From Candidatus Saccharimonadota bacterium (GTDB taxonomy: Bacteria > Patescibacteriota > Saccharimonadia > Saccharimonadales > Saccharimonadaceae), in NCBI GenBank assembly GCA_016432585.1, contig CP066696.1, forward strand, positions 388,113 through 452,112: a stretch of DNA of 64,000 nucleotides, given 5' to 3'. Below, one piece after another: positions 9,904 through 20,535 of the stretch. The position numbers and the translations under genes were made by a program. Position 1 is the first letter of the stretch, and every line of letters starts with the position of its first letter. Below the pieces are notes generated by a model, which had not been told where the DNA came from, made no database searches, and saw nothing but the letters and a program-made list of their open reading frames with translations.

Positions 9904-10929
9904 ATGAGTCAGGTTACTATCGCGATTAACGGGTTCGGCCGTATTGGGCGCAACGCCTTTAAAATTGCCTATGAACGAAGCGACGTCAAGATTGTCGCAA
10001 TAAACGATCTTACCGACACGAAAACGTTGGCGCATCTTTTAAAGCACGACTCGTCGTATGGAACATACCAGCATGATGTTGGCTACGATGACACAGGGAT
10101 TACCGTTAATGGCGAGCATATTGCGGTATTAGCCGAAAAAGATCCAGCAAAACTGCCGTGGGCAAGTATGGCAGTAGATGTTGTTATAGAGAGTACCGGT
10201 AGATTTACCGAACCGGCACAGGCGCGCATGCATATTGACCAAGCGGGCGCGAAACGTGTCGTTATTAGCGCCCCTGCAAAGGGTGAAGGATCGGATGCTA
10301 TTGTACTTGGTGTTAACGAGGATGCGATTGGTCAAGAAGGCGCAAGCGATGTTATTAGCAATGCAAGCTGTACGACCAACTGTATTGCGCCAGTAATGGC
10401 AGTGCTTGAAAGCCATTTTGGTATCGAAAAAGCCATGATGACGACGGTGCATAGCTACACGGCCGACCAGCAGCTGCAAGACGCGCCACATAAAGACCTC
10501 CGCCGAGCGCGTGCTGCTGCCGAAAATATTGTACCAACAAGTACGGGTGCCAGTGCCGCAGCTGGGTTGGTTTTGCCAGCAGTTGCAGGAATATTTGGGG
10601 GGCTTAGTCTTCGTGTTCCGACGCCTGTCGTAAGTCTTAGTGATTTTGTCGTTGTGACAAAACGTGATGTTACGGTAGAAGAAGTAAACGCGGCGTTTAA
10701 AAAAGCAGCCGACCAGCCATTTTATCAGGGTATTCTTGAGGTCACCGAAGAAGAGCTGGTAAGTAGCGACTTTAAGGGCAATAGCCATAGTGCAATCGTT
10801 GACCTTCCGCTTACGAACGTTGTTGGTGGAAACCTTGTTAAGGTAGTGGCTTGGTACGACAACGAGTGGGGTTATAGCAACCGTCTGGTTGAGCTTGTTG
10901 CCGACGCTGGTCGCGCAATTCATAAATAA
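9904..10929 (+). CDS. gap: glyceraldehyde-3-phosphate dehydrogenase (type I)
   Basis: NGFGRIGR NAD motif, catalytic SCTTNC, WYDNEWGYS near the C-terminus. Confidence 0.95.
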   Translation: MSQVTIAINGFGRIGRNAFKIAYERSDVKIVAINDLTDTKTLAHLLKHDSSYGTYQHDVGYDDTGITVNGEHIAVLAEKDPAKLPWASMAVDVVIESTGRFTEPAQARMHIDQAGAKRVVISAPAKGEGSDAIVLGVNEDAIGQEGASDVISNASCTTNCIAPVMAVLESHFGIEKAMMTTVHSYTADQQLQDAPHKDLRRARAAAENIVPTSTGASAAAGLVLPAVAGIFGGLSLRVPTPVVSLSDFVVVTKRDVTVEEVNAAFKKAADQPFYQGILEVTEEELVSSDFKGNSHSAIVDLPLTNVVGGNLVKVVAWYDNEWGYSNRLVELVADAGRAIHK

Positions 10930-10939
10930 GCAGTGCAAG

Positions 10940-10974
10940 GCGCCCTGGCGAAATGGCCGGGGTGCTTTTGTTTT
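10940..10974 (+). terminator. gap terminator
   Basis: 10-bp stem GCGCCCUGGC/GCCGGGGUGC (two G.U pairs) followed by TTTTGTTTT. Confidence 0.7.
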
Positions 10975-11000
10975 AGGGCAAAAGTGCTTATACTTGTAGT

Positions 11001-11450
11001 ATGAAGATATACTTGGGTGCGGATCATCAGGGTTTTGCCATGAAAGAGCAGGTGTTTGCCTACTTGGCAAAGCGCGGCCACGACGTTGAAGATGTTGGGG
11101 ATAGGGAATTTAAGCCAGACGATGACTTTCCAGAGTTTGCGCAAATGGCGGCATTGAAAGTGCTTGGCGATGAAGACAAAGATCCACGGGCGATTCTTAT
11201 TTGTGGTGGCGGTCAAGGCATGTGTATGGCAGCCAACCGTTTTCGCGGTATCCGCGCAAGCGTGATTTGGGATGCCTACGAAGCTAAAATGACGCGTAAC
11301 GACAATGACAGCAATGTTCTCTGTTTGCCAGCACGTATTCTTGAAAAAGACGAACAAGAGTGGCAGGACATTATTGATACATGGCTAACAACGCCTTTCG
11401 CCTCGGCGCCCCGATACAAACGACGTAATATGCAAATTGACGAGCTGTAA
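11001..11450 (+). CDS. rpiB: ribose-5-phosphate isomerase B
   Basis: 149 aa LacA/RpiB family, with GADHQGF and CGGGQGMCMAANR. Leaderless-type start (TATACT, then 6 nt, then ATG). Confidence 0.9.
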   Translation: MKIYLGADHQGFAMKEQVFAYLAKRGHDVEDVGDREFKPDDDFPEFAQMAALKVLGDEDKDPRAILICGGGQGMCMAANRFRGIRASVIWDAYEAKMTRNDNDSNVLCLPARILEKDEQEWQDIIDTWLTTPFASAPRYKRRNMQIDEL

Positions 11451-11452
11451 TT

Positions 11453-12097
11453 ATGAGTGTTATTTCTCCTGCTATCTTGGCTGAATCTGCCGATAACTAT
11501 AAAGAACAAGTAGAGCATGTTCATGGCTTTGCCGAGCGTGTTCATATCGATATTAGCGATGGTGAATTTGCCCCTACATTTACAATTGGTGCCGCCCAGG
11601 TGTGGTGGCCACAAGAGTGGACGGTAGATATTCATGCTATGGTGGCGCGCCCAAGCGAGCACCTAGAAACGCTTATCAGCCTTAAGCCGCACATGATTAT
11701 CTTTCATGCCGAGGTTGAAGAAAATATTATTCCAGTTTTGCAGCATGTAAAGAAATTCGGTATAAAAGCAGGGCTTGCGCTTCTTCGTTCAACCGTTCCC
11801 GCAACGGTGGCCGACGCAATAAAAGAAGCCGACCATATTATGATCTTTAGCGGCGAGCTGGGAAAATACGGCGGCACGGCGAGCCTTATGCAACTAGAGA
11901 AGGTGCGCCTTATAAAAGGCATTAACCCGTCGGCGGAAATTGGCTGGGACGGTGGAGTGAATGTTGAGAATGTTTACAGTTTGTCGCAAGGCGGAATTGA
12001 CGTATTAAATGTTGGCGGAGTGTTAGCTCACGCACAGAATCCGCAAGATGTTTATGCTACACTGGTCAACGAAATTAATAAACATGGGGTGATTTAG
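11453..12097 (+). CDS. rpe: ribulose-phosphate 3-epimerase-like TIM-barrel protein
   Basis: 214 aa. ISPAILA...HIDISDGEFAP resembles the Rpe S(I/L)L(S/A)AD...H(V/I)D(V/I)MDG(H/R)FVP motif. Sits between rpiB and transketolase. Confidence 0.6.
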   Translation: MSVISPAILAESADNYKEQVEHVHGFAERVHIDISDGEFAPTFTIGAAQVWWPQEWTVDIHAMVARPSEHLETLISLKPHMIIFHAEVEENIIPVLQHVKKFGIKAGLALLRSTVPATVADAIKEADHIMIFSGELGKYGGTASLMQLEKVRLIKGINPSAEIGWDGGVNVENVYSLSQGGIDVLNVGGVLAHAQNPQDVYATLVNEINKHGVI

Positions 12098-12098
12098 G

Positions 12099-12962
12099 GT
12101 GGTAGAACAGTTATCAATGAAACAACTAGAGCATAAGGCGATGATCGTTCGTGAAAACATCGTGCAAATGCTCGAGGCGGCGGGTAGTGGACACAGTGCG
12201 GGGCCACTTGATCTTGCGGATCTCGTAACGGCACTTTACTTCAATATTATGAATATCGACCCCGAAAAGCCCGAGTGGTCCGAGCGCGATGTGTTCTTTT
12301 TGAGTAACGGCCACACTGTTCCAGTGCAGTATGCTGTTATGGCTGAGCGTGGATACTTTCCGGTTAAGGAGCTAAAGACGCTACGTAAACTTGGGAGCCG
12401 TCTTCAGGGGCATCCGGAGCGAACAAAGCTACCTGGTCTCGAAAACACCAGCGGTCCTTTAGGGAGCGGCTTATCGCAAGCGGCAGGGTACGCGTATAGT
12501 TTGCAGTATCTCGATAACGCGAAACACCGATGGGTGTATGTTGTTACTGGCGATGGCGAGCTCGATGAAGGCAATATATGGGAAGCGGCTATGTTCGCCG
12601 GCAAGTACAAATTGTCTCAGTTGATTGTATTCGTTGACCGCAATAATATCCAGATTGATGGTCCGACCGATGAAATCATGCCACTCGAAGATCTTCGTGG
12701 GAAGTGGGAGAGTTTTGGCTGGCACGTTCAAGAAATCAACGGCCACAATATGGAAAGTATCATAGATGCAGCGGGGATGGCGCGTGCTATTACGAACCGA
12801 CCAAGCGTTATTATTACACACACGATTCCAGGAAAAGGTGTTGATTTTATGGAGTACGACTATAAATGGCATGGCGTGCCGCCTAACCACGAGCAGGCAA
12901 AAGAGGCGATGAAAAAACTCCGAACGCTTGACGGAAAAATTACCTCGGGAGATATAGAATAA
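12099..12962 (+). CDS. transketolase, N-terminal (TPP-binding) subunit of a split enzyme
   Basis: 287 aa. SGHSAGPL, GDGELDEGNIWEA (TPP/Mg site) and an NNIQIDG motif. GTG start abuts the rpe stop. Confidence 0.85.
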   Translation: MVEQLSMKQLEHKAMIVRENIVQMLEAAGSGHSAGPLDLADLVTALYFNIMNIDPEKPEWSERDVFFLSNGHTVPVQYAVMAERGYFPVKELKTLRKLGSRLQGHPERTKLPGLENTSGPLGSGLSQAAGYAYSLQYLDNAKHRWVYVVTGDGELDEGNIWEAAMFAGKYKLSQLIVFVDRNNIQIDGPTDEIMPLEDLRGKWESFGWHVQEINGHNMESIIDAAGMARAITNRPSVIITHTIPGKGVDFMEYDYKWHGVPPNHEQAKEAMKKLRTLDGKITSGDIE

Positions 12963-13957
12963 TGAACTATCCTTTGCGTCCGAATATATTCGATGAAGAT
13001 GTTGAAAAAGAGCCGATTCGCGTTGGTTTTGGCCGTGGCCTCAAGGTTGCTGGCGAAAAAAATCCACTCATTGTGGCGCTTTGCGCCGACCTTACCGATA
13101 GCACTAAAATGTCAACATTTGTTGAGGCTTTTCCTGAAAGATTTATTCAGGTTGGTATTGCCGAACAAAACCTCGTAACGGTTGCCAGCGGTCTTGCACG
13201 AGCAGGCAAAGTACCGTTTACAAGCAGCTATGCTGCATTTAGTCCTGGTCGTAACTGGGAGCAAATCCGCACGACTATTGCACTTAACGATCAGCCCGTA
13301 AAGATTATTGGCTCGCATGCCGGTATTAGCGTTGGTCCAGATGGTGCCACGCACCAAATGCTCGAGGATATCGCTTTGATGCGTGTGCTGCCTAATATGG
13401 TCGTTATAGCCCCGGGCGACAGTGTAGAGGCCGAAAAAGCAACGATTGCTTTAGCAGAAAACGGTAAGCCAACGTATCTACGTTTGGCCCGTGAGAAAAC
13501 GCCGATATTCAGCACAGACGAGTCACCTTTTGAGATTGGTAAGGCTTACGTGCTACGCGAGGGGAACGACATTAGTCTTTTGGGAACTGGTGCAATGACC
13601 TATGAACTTTTGGTAGCCGCTAAAATGCTGGAAGCCGAAGGCATTAGTGCCGAGGTGGTGCATGTTCCAACGATTAAACCACTCGATGACGAAACGATAC
13701 TTAAGAGTGTGCGAAAAACAGGTCGCGTGCTGACGGCAGAGGAAGCGCAGCGCAAGGGCGGCTTTGGTGGTGCGGTGGCAGAATTACTGAGCGAAGAGCT
13801 TCCAACCCCGTTGTACCGCGTTGGCATGAAAGATAGATTTGGCGAGAGTGGCGAACCGCAGCAATTAATGGAGCATTTCGGTCTGGATCACGCAACTATT
13901 GCAAAAGAAGTAAAAGAGTTCGTTGGCCATACGCCAAAATACCACCAAGGTTTCTAA
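12962..13957 (+). CDS. transketolase, C-terminal (pyrimidine-binding) subunit
   Basis: 331 aa. FIQVGIAEQNLV and GPDGATHQMLEDIA motifs. TAATG overlap with the N-terminal subunit. Confidence 0.85.
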   Translation: MNYPLRPNIFDEDVEKEPIRVGFGRGLKVAGEKNPLIVALCADLTDSTKMSTFVEAFPERFIQVGIAEQNLVTVASGLARAGKVPFTSSYAAFSPGRNWEQIRTTIALNDQPVKIIGSHAGISVGPDGATHQMLEDIALMRVLPNMVVIAPGDSVEAEKATIALAENGKPTYLRLAREKTPIFSTDESPFEIGKAYVLREGNDISLLGTGAMTYELLVAAKMLEAEGISAEVVHVPTIKPLDDETILKSVRKTGRVLTAEEAQRKGGFGGAVAELLSEELPTPLYRVGMKDRFGESGEPQQLMEHFGLDHATIAKEVKEFVGHTPKYHQGF

Positions 13958-13964
13958 AGGAGGA

Positions 13965-14879
13965 ATGATGGGCTTAACTATTAAAGAAATCAGAGAACGG
14001 ACGGTGCGAGCGCGACATTTAATGCAGCGTAGCCGCAGCCAAGGGTTTGCGGTCGGCGCCTTTAATATCGACAACCAAGAAACGCTTATTGCCGTATGTA
14101 AGGCTGCGCAAAAGTTGCAGTCGCCAGTACTCGTAGAGGTAAGCCAAGGCGAAGTAGATGCAATCGGCCTCGATAATATTCGTGATCTTGTTGACAATTA
14201 CCGCGACGAATACGGAATCGAGATGTATATCAACCTCGATCATAGCCCTAGTGTCGAAAGCTGCAAACGCGCAATCGACGCAGGTTTCGAGTTTATCCAT
14301 ATTGATATCTCGCAGGCGAATCACGACGCGCCGCTTGAAGAGATTATCGAAAAGACAAAGGAAGTCGTTGAGTACGCTAAATTCACGGGTGCGCTCGTAG
14401 AGGCAGAAGAGCGCTACTTCATGGGGTCATCGAATGTCCATAAAGAAACAATCGATTACGAAGAGGTAAAGAAGTACAATACGACTCCAGCTGAGGCAAA
14501 AGACTTTGTCGACAAAACAGGGATTGATACGATTGCTGTTCAAATCGGAAACCTCCACGGGCTATACCCTGTGCCGAAAAAGCTTGATCTTGAGCTTTTG
14601 CAAGAAATTCGAAATGAAATTACTTGCCAAATAAGCTTGCATGGTGGAAGCGGCACGCCCTTGAATTATTTTGAAGAGGCGGCAAAAATTGGTGTTAGTA
14701 AAATTAATATCAACAGCGATATGCGCTACACTTTCCGCAAAACACTCGAAAAAGTGCTAGCAGATAATCCAGATGAATATGCCGTAGTAAAGTTGATGCC
14801 CGAAGTATACGAAGCCGTTCAAAAAGTTGTAGAAGAAAAAATCAATGCTTTCGGAAGCGTCGGCAAAGCAATCCTATAG
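13965..14879 (+). CDS. fba: class II fructose-bisphosphate aldolase
   Basis: AAAGGAGGAATG SD/start at 13958-13967. GAFNIDNQE, NLDHS and SLHGGSG motifs. Confidence 0.85.
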   Translation: MMGLTIKEIRERTVRARHLMQRSRSQGFAVGAFNIDNQETLIAVCKAAQKLQSPVLVEVSQGEVDAIGLDNIRDLVDNYRDEYGIEMYINLDHSPSVESCKRAIDAGFEFIHIDISQANHDAPLEEIIEKTKEVVEYAKFTGALVEAEERYFMGSSNVHKETIDYEEVKKYNTTPAEAKDFVDKTGIDTIAVQIGNLHGLYPVPKKLDLELLQEIRNEITCQISLHGGSGTPLNYFEEAAKIGVSKININSDMRYTFRKTLEKVLADNPDEYAVVKLMPEVYEAVQKVVEEKINAFGSVGKAIL

Positions 14880-14925
14880 GCGGTGTTTTTAAAAGCATAA
14901 GCACAAGTGGTATACTGACAGATAT

Positions 14926-15894
14926 ATGAGCACAAAACCAACAATTCTCGCCATTGGTAAGGCGTCGCAAGACGTCTTTTTAACCAGTAGCAAAGATTTT
15001 CAACCCTACAAATACAAAGGCGTCGAGTACGAGCAACTTCCTTTGGGCAAAAAACTTCATGTCGATGACGTTTACTTTTCGTCGGGTGGGAATGCAACAA
15101 ATGCCGCGGCTACATTTGCCAGGCAAGGGCTTCACAGTAAGTATATGTGGGTGCTGGGTAACGACATTTCAAGCCAGGCAATTCTTGCGACACTCGACGA
15201 AGAGGATATTGATACTTCCTCGGTTGTTCAAGATGCACACTACAAGGCAAGCTATTCAACGATTCTTTTAGCGCCAACAGGCGAACGAACGGTACTTAAT
15301 TACATGGGTAGTTCTATCGAGAAGTTTAGGAATGCCTTCGACTTACAGGCAATCGATTCGGCTGACTGGCTCTATGTTTCGTCGGTTAATGACATGCATT
15401 TGATAGAAGAAATTGTGACGCGCGCCGAGAAAGCTGGCGTTAAGATTATGATGAACCCTTCGGGCAAAGAGCTCGAAGAGCCTCGCAAGCTAAAGCCGCT
15501 TCTTGAGGATATCGAAGTTATTTCATTAAACAAAGAAGAAGCTCAAGAGCTGGTGGCTGGCGAAACACTCGAAGAGCTAGCGAGGCATCTGACGCATTAT
15601 TGCCCTGTGGTTCTTGTTTCCGACGGTCCTAACGGTGTCGTTGCTACCGATTCAAAAACGATCATCCGCGCTGGTATGTACGAAGATGTAAAGGTTGTTG
15701 ACCGCCTTGGTGCGGGTGACGCATTTAGCTCGGGATTCCTTAGTCAGTGGTCTAGGGGTAAATCACTAAAAGAATCGATTATATTTGCAAGTGCCAACTC
15801 GACATCTGTCGTAACGAAAATTGGTGCAAAAACAGGTATTCTGCACCGTGGAGCAAAACTCCATGAAATGCCACTTCACGAAAAGCCGTTTTAG
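14926..15894 (+). CDS. PfkB-family carbohydrate/sugar-phosphate kinase
   Basis: GGNATNAA and DRLGAGDAF (PfkB signature 2). Last gene of the sugar-phosphate cluster. Confidence 0.8.
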   Translation: MSTKPTILAIGKASQDVFLTSSKDFQPYKYKGVEYEQLPLGKKLHVDDVYFSSGGNATNAAATFARQGLHSKYMWVLGNDISSQAILATLDEEDIDTSSVVQDAHYKASYSTILLAPTGERTVLNYMGSSIEKFRNAFDLQAIDSADWLYVSSVNDMHLIEEIVTRAEKAGVKIMMNPSGKELEEPRKLKPLLEDIEVISLNKEEAQELVAGETLEELARHLTHYCPVVLVSDGPNGVVATDSKTIIRAGMYEDVKVVDRLGAGDAFSSGFLSQWSRGKSLKESIIFASANSTSVVTKIGAKTGILHRGAKLHEMPLHEKPF

Positions 15895-15950
15895 TCCTTA
15901 GTCATAAGCGTGATATACTAGCTATCAGATAGAAGTAGGGGAAAACAGAT

Positions 15951-17204
15951 ATGGCGAAATTTCTACGAGACCTGTTAGATGCCGAGGAGCCGGTTTTTTC
16001 GGTTGCGATAAGACAGCTCGAACAGGCAAGCGGGCGATTAGGCGCGGACGCTCGTCTTATTGGTGAAATTACGCAAAAAACGCACAACGCCATGCGCCTT
16101 CTGAATTTAGACCCCGCAATTACTACAGGGCGCGAATTCTATCAGGCACTTCTGGCGCGAATCCACACGGACAACGAACGTCTTACGAAGCTGATTGGCG
16201 CCACCGACAGCAGCGATGTTGCGCAGCTTGTTCCCCTTATGATTGATGTTGCAGATAAAGTAGACTTCAACCGTAAGGTGTTTGTTGTTAAACATGACAA
16301 AGCAAAAGAACTTCTGCGCGCTCACCCGCCGGTTAAGCTAATGGAGCGACTCGGCTATCATTCGATCGATGACATGTTCGCGGGCGAGGATTTCGACGAG
16401 CTATATACTGCACTTCGTTTTTCGGAGGGTGCTGATTGGTTGAACGACTTTAACGAGCTGTTTAAGACAGTAACACCAGACGATTACGAGGAACGTAATA
16501 TTCGTATTTTGGCGATGGATCACGACAAATATGTTGATCTCGCCGAGCAATTCACGCAGAAGAAACTTCACAACGTTACTCACACGAAAGAGCTGGGAGT
16601 TATTGTGGTTGTGCCACTGCGCGAAACCCACTCAAAAGGTCTCATGCTCAAAACCCTGCCGCTTCTTCTTCACTATCTTAACGAGGTAAAATTGTACTCG
16701 ACGTTCTTTAAGCTTAAAGCGCAGCACCCTGGCTTTGGAGAGACGGTAGTTAATACACTTATTGCCGACCCAGGAACAGCCAGTCAGATGGCTGGTCGCT
16801 ACGTGCACTGGCGGGTTATTCAGCGTTACTATGGCAAGTTGAAAGACGAAGCGCACAAAGAAATGTTTGAGCCGCATGTTCACCCCGAGGATCTTCATTG
16901 GCGCCGTGCCGAAGAATTGCTTTACCAGATCGATCCTGAAATGAAGTTTTGGCAAGATAACGATTATGTTGGTTTGTTGTTCGACGACAAACCGGTTACA
17001 TTGAACTTTGTCGACATGGCGCTAAGTTATGCTAACGGATTATCTTACGAGGATCGATTGGTGTATCACTTCCGCGAAAGTCTATGGAACGAGATTTTTA
17101 TCTGCTACATGCGCTACCCAGTTCTTGAACAGCAGATATTACAAGAGCTCGACAATGACATGGTTGCGCCTGAATTACTGGAAGGAGATGGGAAAATTAT
17201 ATGA
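15951..17204 (+). CDS. hypothetical protein, 417 aa, no family recognised
   Basis: Clean long ORF with its own TGATATACT promoter (15911-15919). ATGA overlap with the downstream LOG-like gene. Confidence 0.6.
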   Translation: MAKFLRDLLDAEEPVFSVAIRQLEQASGRLGADARLIGEITQKTHNAMRLLNLDPAITTGREFYQALLARIHTDNERLTKLIGATDSSDVAQLVPLMIDVADKVDFNRKVFVVKHDKAKELLRAHPPVKLMERLGYHSIDDMFAGEDFDELYTALRFSEGADWLNDFNELFKTVTPDDYEERNIRILAMDHDKYVDLAEQFTQKKLHNVTHTKELGVIVVVPLRETHSKGLMLKTLPLLLHYLNEVKLYSTFFKLKAQHPGFGETVVNTLIADPGTASQMAGRYVHWRVIQRYYGKLKDEAHKEMFEPHVHPEDLHWRRAEELLYQIDPEMKFWQDNDYVGLLFDDKPVTLNFVDMALSYANGLSYEDRLVYHFRESLWNEIFICYMRYPVLEQQILQELDNDMVAPELLEGDGKII

Positions 17205-17809
17205 GATACCAAATTTGTGTTTCGGGGGCGGCAAGTGGTGACACTGTTCATACGTCGCATCAGCTAGCATACGAGCTAGGACGGGCAATCGCCGAGCAAG
17301 GAAAAACACTCCTCACTGGTGCAACGGTAGGGTTACCTCACTACGCGGCAATGGGCTTTATGAGTGTTCCTGATGCGAAGGGTGTTTCTGTGGGATTTTC
17401 ACCGGCGACATCGTTTCGCGAGCACGTCTCGACCTATCGTTTGCCAACCAAGGAGTTTGACTACATAAACTTTACGGGCATGGAATACGTAGGGCGTGAT
17501 GTTCACTTGGTTCGCAGTAGCGACGGCATTATTACGGTTGGCGGCCGCATGGGGAGCTTGCACGAGCTTTCAACCGCGCTAGAGAGCCGCAAGGTATGTG
17601 GCATCTTACTTGGTAGTGGCGGTCTTGCCGACTATACTAAAACGCTGCTACAACATATCGAAGCACCTGGCGCAAAGGAAGTCATTTTTGATACCGATCC
17701 TGATCGGCTAGTGAAAAAAGTGGTCGAAGCACTTGATAAGAAATATGCCGATTTTGTTCATGACGGCACCGACAGTCAGGTAACCGACAAAAGGGCGGGA
17801 AGAGGATAA
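17201..17809 (+). CDS. LOG/DprA-like Rossmann-fold nucleotide-binding protein (TIGR00725-like)
   Basis: ICVSGAASG...LLTGATVG...IITVGGRMGSLHE pattern of the SLOG/lysine-decarboxylase-like superfamily. Confidence 0.65.
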   Translation: MRYQICVSGAASGDTVHTSHQLAYELGRAIAEQGKTLLTGATVGLPHYAAMGFMSVPDAKGVSVGFSPATSFREHVSTYRLPTKEFDYINFTGMEYVGRDVHLVRSSDGIITVGGRMGSLHELSTALESRKVCGILLGSGGLADYTKTLLQHIEAPGAKEVIFDTDPDRLVKKVVEALDKKYADFVHDGTDSQVTDKRAGRG

Positions 17810-17810
17810 T

Positions 17811-18548
17811 ATGAAAAAGGAATCTCAAAAAGGAAGCGCACACGCAATTATTATTGCAGTATTGTTTGTTGCTCTTATGGCGACGCTTGGTGTCGTGTTC
17901 TATCAAAACTTTATCGCTAAAAAGGACACCGATACTAAACCACAGGACACATCTTCAAATACCGATGTGCTACAAACCGCCCAGGTGGCGTATGCAAGCA
18001 GTATTTACGAACTGGATCACCCGAATGAATGGACCGCAACTTCCGAAAAGGTAAAAAGCGGCTCACTCGATGGCAATAAGCTTGTCGTTGTAAATAAAGA
18101 CGGCACCGTTCGCGTTACGGTAGAGATCTCAAACCGCACAAGAACTGACGCCTGCAACACGGCAGATGAGCTGAAACTGAGCTACTACGACGTTCACGAA
18201 ACGGCGGTTAAAAACTTGGCTCCCTCGACGCTCTTCCTTGTCGAATCGATCTCTGATGCAACTGACGGTGGCTATACATACAAGATTGGCCTGACGCCAG
18301 ACGGTGGCGATACGCACACATCTATTGGAACATCTCACTGTACGGTGCAGCATGTCGGTGAAGTATCGAACGTTATCAAAAGCGGGGCAAAAATCACACA
18401 ACCGGCAATCACGGCGACGATCGACTTTCCCTTGCTACTTGCTGTAAACGAGACAAAAGTAAAGAGTATGCAGCCCGTAAAAGATCTTATCGCAACAGGC
18501 GATTACAAAGCTGCCGTGGCAATTATAGAGTCGGCTCGCAAGAAGTAG
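17811..18548 (+). CDS. membrane-anchored extracytoplasmic protein, function unknown
   Basis: N-terminal TM ([19 protein letters not shown]) followed by a Thr/Ser-rich soluble domain. Starts 1 nt after the upstream stop. Confidence 0.55.
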   Translation: MKKESQKGSAHAIIIAVLFVALMATLGVVFYQNFIAKKDTDTKPQDTSSNTDVLQTAQVAYASSIYELDHPNEWTATSEKVKSGSLDGNKLVVVNKDGTVRVTVEISNRTRTDACNTADELKLSYYDVHETAVKNLAPSTLFLVESISDATDGGYTYKIGLTPDGGDTHTSIGTSHCTVQHVGEVSNVIKSGAKITQPAITATIDFPLLLAVNETKVKSMQPVKDLIATGDYKAAVAIIESARKK

Positions 18549-18561
18549 TATACTTGTAGGG

Positions 18562-20535
18562 ATGAATCAGCGTTTTCAGCTACAAACGAAATATCAGCCA
18601 ACGGGCGACCAGCCAACCGCAATCAAACAATTGATAGACGGGCTTAATGCTGGCGAGCGTGAGCAAACGCTTTTGGGCGTCACTGGGTCTGGTAAAACGT
18701 TCACCATGGCGAATATTATTCAGGATCGCCAAGTGCCAACGCTTGTGCTTGCGCATAACAAAACTTTGGCTGCGCAGCTATATAGCGAATTTAAATCATT
18801 CTTTCCAAATAACGAAGTCCACTACTTTGTAAGTTATTTCGATTACTACCAGCCAGAAGCGTACATAAGCAGTAGCGACACCTATATCGAAAAAGACAGT
18901 AAAATCAACGACGAGATTGACCGCTTGCGCCATGCAGCAACAACGGCATTAATTACGCGCCGCGATACGATTATTGTTGCCAGTGTCAGCTGTATTTACG
19001 GTATCGGTTCGCCAGACGATTACGCAGAAATGTCACTGACTATTACAAAAGGCGAGCGCCGACAGCAAGATAAGTTTGTGCGGCTTCTTACGGATATCCA
19101 GTACCAGCGCAATGATATAGATTTTCACCGTGGAACATTCCGTGTAAAGGGCGATGTTGTTGATGTTTTTCCTGCGGGTAGCGACCTTGCGTACCGTATT
19201 GAGTTTTTTGGCGATGAAGTTGATCGCATTACGCAAATCGATCCACTGACAGGTGAAATTCTTGCCGAGCCCGATAGCTGCAAGATTTTCCCGAGCAGTC
19301 ACTATGTAACGCCTAAGCAAAAGCTCGAGCATGCCATAGAGGGTATACGCAAAGAGTTCGAGGAACGCGTTGAGTGGTTTGAAAAGCACGACAAGCTACT
19401 AGAAGCGCAGCGCCTGACACAGCGCACAAAATACGATCTTGAGATGCTTGAAGAGACAGGTTTTGTAAAGGGAATCGAGAACTATTCGAGGTATCTTACT
19501 AACCGCGAGCCTGGGCAGCAGCCAGCAACGCTTCTCGACTATTTCCCAGATGATTTTTTGCTTCTTGTCGATGAAAGTCACCAAAGCTTGCCACAGGTTC
19601 GTGGTATGTACAACGGCGACCGTGCCCGCAAAGAAGTGCTGGTAGAGCATGGCTTTAGGCTGCCAAGCGCTATGGATAACCGACCGCTCAAGTTTGAGGA
19701 GTTCGACCAGCATATCAATCAAACGATTTACGTTTCAGCAACGCCAAGCGACTACGAACTGTCGCATACGCCGCCGCCAGCCCAGCAGATAATCCGCCCA
19801 ACAGGACTTCTTGATCCAGAAATTATTATTCGCCCAACCGAGGGCCAGATTGATGATTTGATTGCCGAGATTAACGATCGAATTAGCAAAGGCCAGCGAG
19901 TACTTGTCACAACGCTGACGAAGCGAATGGCCGAGGATCTATCAACGTACCTCCTAGAGATTGGCATAAAAACATCGTATATCCATAGCGATGTCGACAC
20001 GCTTGAACGCGGTGATATTTTGCGTGACCTGCGCATGGGTGTCTTTGATGTGCTGGTGGGTATCAACCTTCTTCGCGAGGGTTTGGATCTTCCCGAAGTA
20101 AGTCTTGTTGCAATTATGGACGCCGACAAAGAAGGATTTTTGCGTAGTGAAAGCGCACTTATGCAAACGATTGGACGTGCTGCACGCCACCAAGAAGGCA
20201 AGGTTCTTATGTATGCAGATAAGATTACGCGCTCTATGCAGGCGGCGATCGACGAAACGACGCGTCGTCGCAGTATTCAAGAGGCGTACAATGCCGAACA
20301 CGGTATTACGCCAACAAGCATTGCCAAAGAAATCGACGAAGGATTGCGCGCGCTTATTCCGGACAAAGATAAAGGTAAGGTTCCCAAACTTGACCTTAAA
20401 AAGATTCCAAAAGACGAATACAAGTCGCTTATTAAAGAACTATCCGGCCAAATGGAGCTTGCGAGCGCTAACCTAGAGTTCGAAAAAGCAGCCGAACTTC
20501 GTGATCTTATTGTTAGTATAAAAGAGAAGATGTAG
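18562..20535 (+). CDS. uvrB: excinuclease ABC subunit B
   Basis: GVTGSGKT Walker A, VDESH box, beta-hairpin region YYQPEAY, C-terminal UVR motif [11 protein letters not shown]. Confidence 0.95.
   Translation: MNQRFQLQTKYQPTGDQPTAIKQLIDGLNAGEREQTLLGVTGSGKTFTMANIIQDRQVPTLVLAHNKTLAAQLYSEFKSFFPNNEVHYFVSYFDYYQPEAYISSSDTYIEKDSKINDEIDRLRHAATTALITRRDTIIVASVSCIYGIGSPDDYAEMSLTITKGERRQQDKFVRLLTDIQYQRNDIDFHRGTFRVKGDVVDVFPAGSDLAYRIEFFGDEVDRITQIDPLTGEILAEPDSCKIFPSSHYVTPKQKLEHAIEGIRKEFEERVEWFEKHDKLLEAQRLTQRTKYDLEMLEETGFVKGIENYSRYLTNREPGQQPATLLDYFPDDFLLLVDESHQSLPQVRGMYNGDRARKEVLVEHGFRLPSAMDNRPLKFEEFDQHINQTIYVSATPSDYELSHTPPPAQQIIRPTGLLDPEIIIRPTEGQIDDLIAEINDRISKGQRVLVTTLTKRMAEDLSTYLLEIGIKTSYIHSDVDTLERGDILRDLRMGVFDVLVGINLLREGLDLPEVSLVAIMDADKEGFLRSESALMQTIGRAARHQEGKVLMYADKITRSMQAAIDETTRRRSIQEAYNAEHGITPTSIAKEIDEGLRALIPDKDKGKVPKLDLKKIPKDEYKSLIKELSGQMELASANLEFEKAAELRDLIVSIKEKM

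Noticed and set aside
10129-11070. 313-aa ORF on the minus strand.
   Set aside because: It lies entirely antisense to the well-supported gap gene. Its composition is Cys/Arg/His-rich and it has no start-site signals, so it is an antisense-frame artefact.
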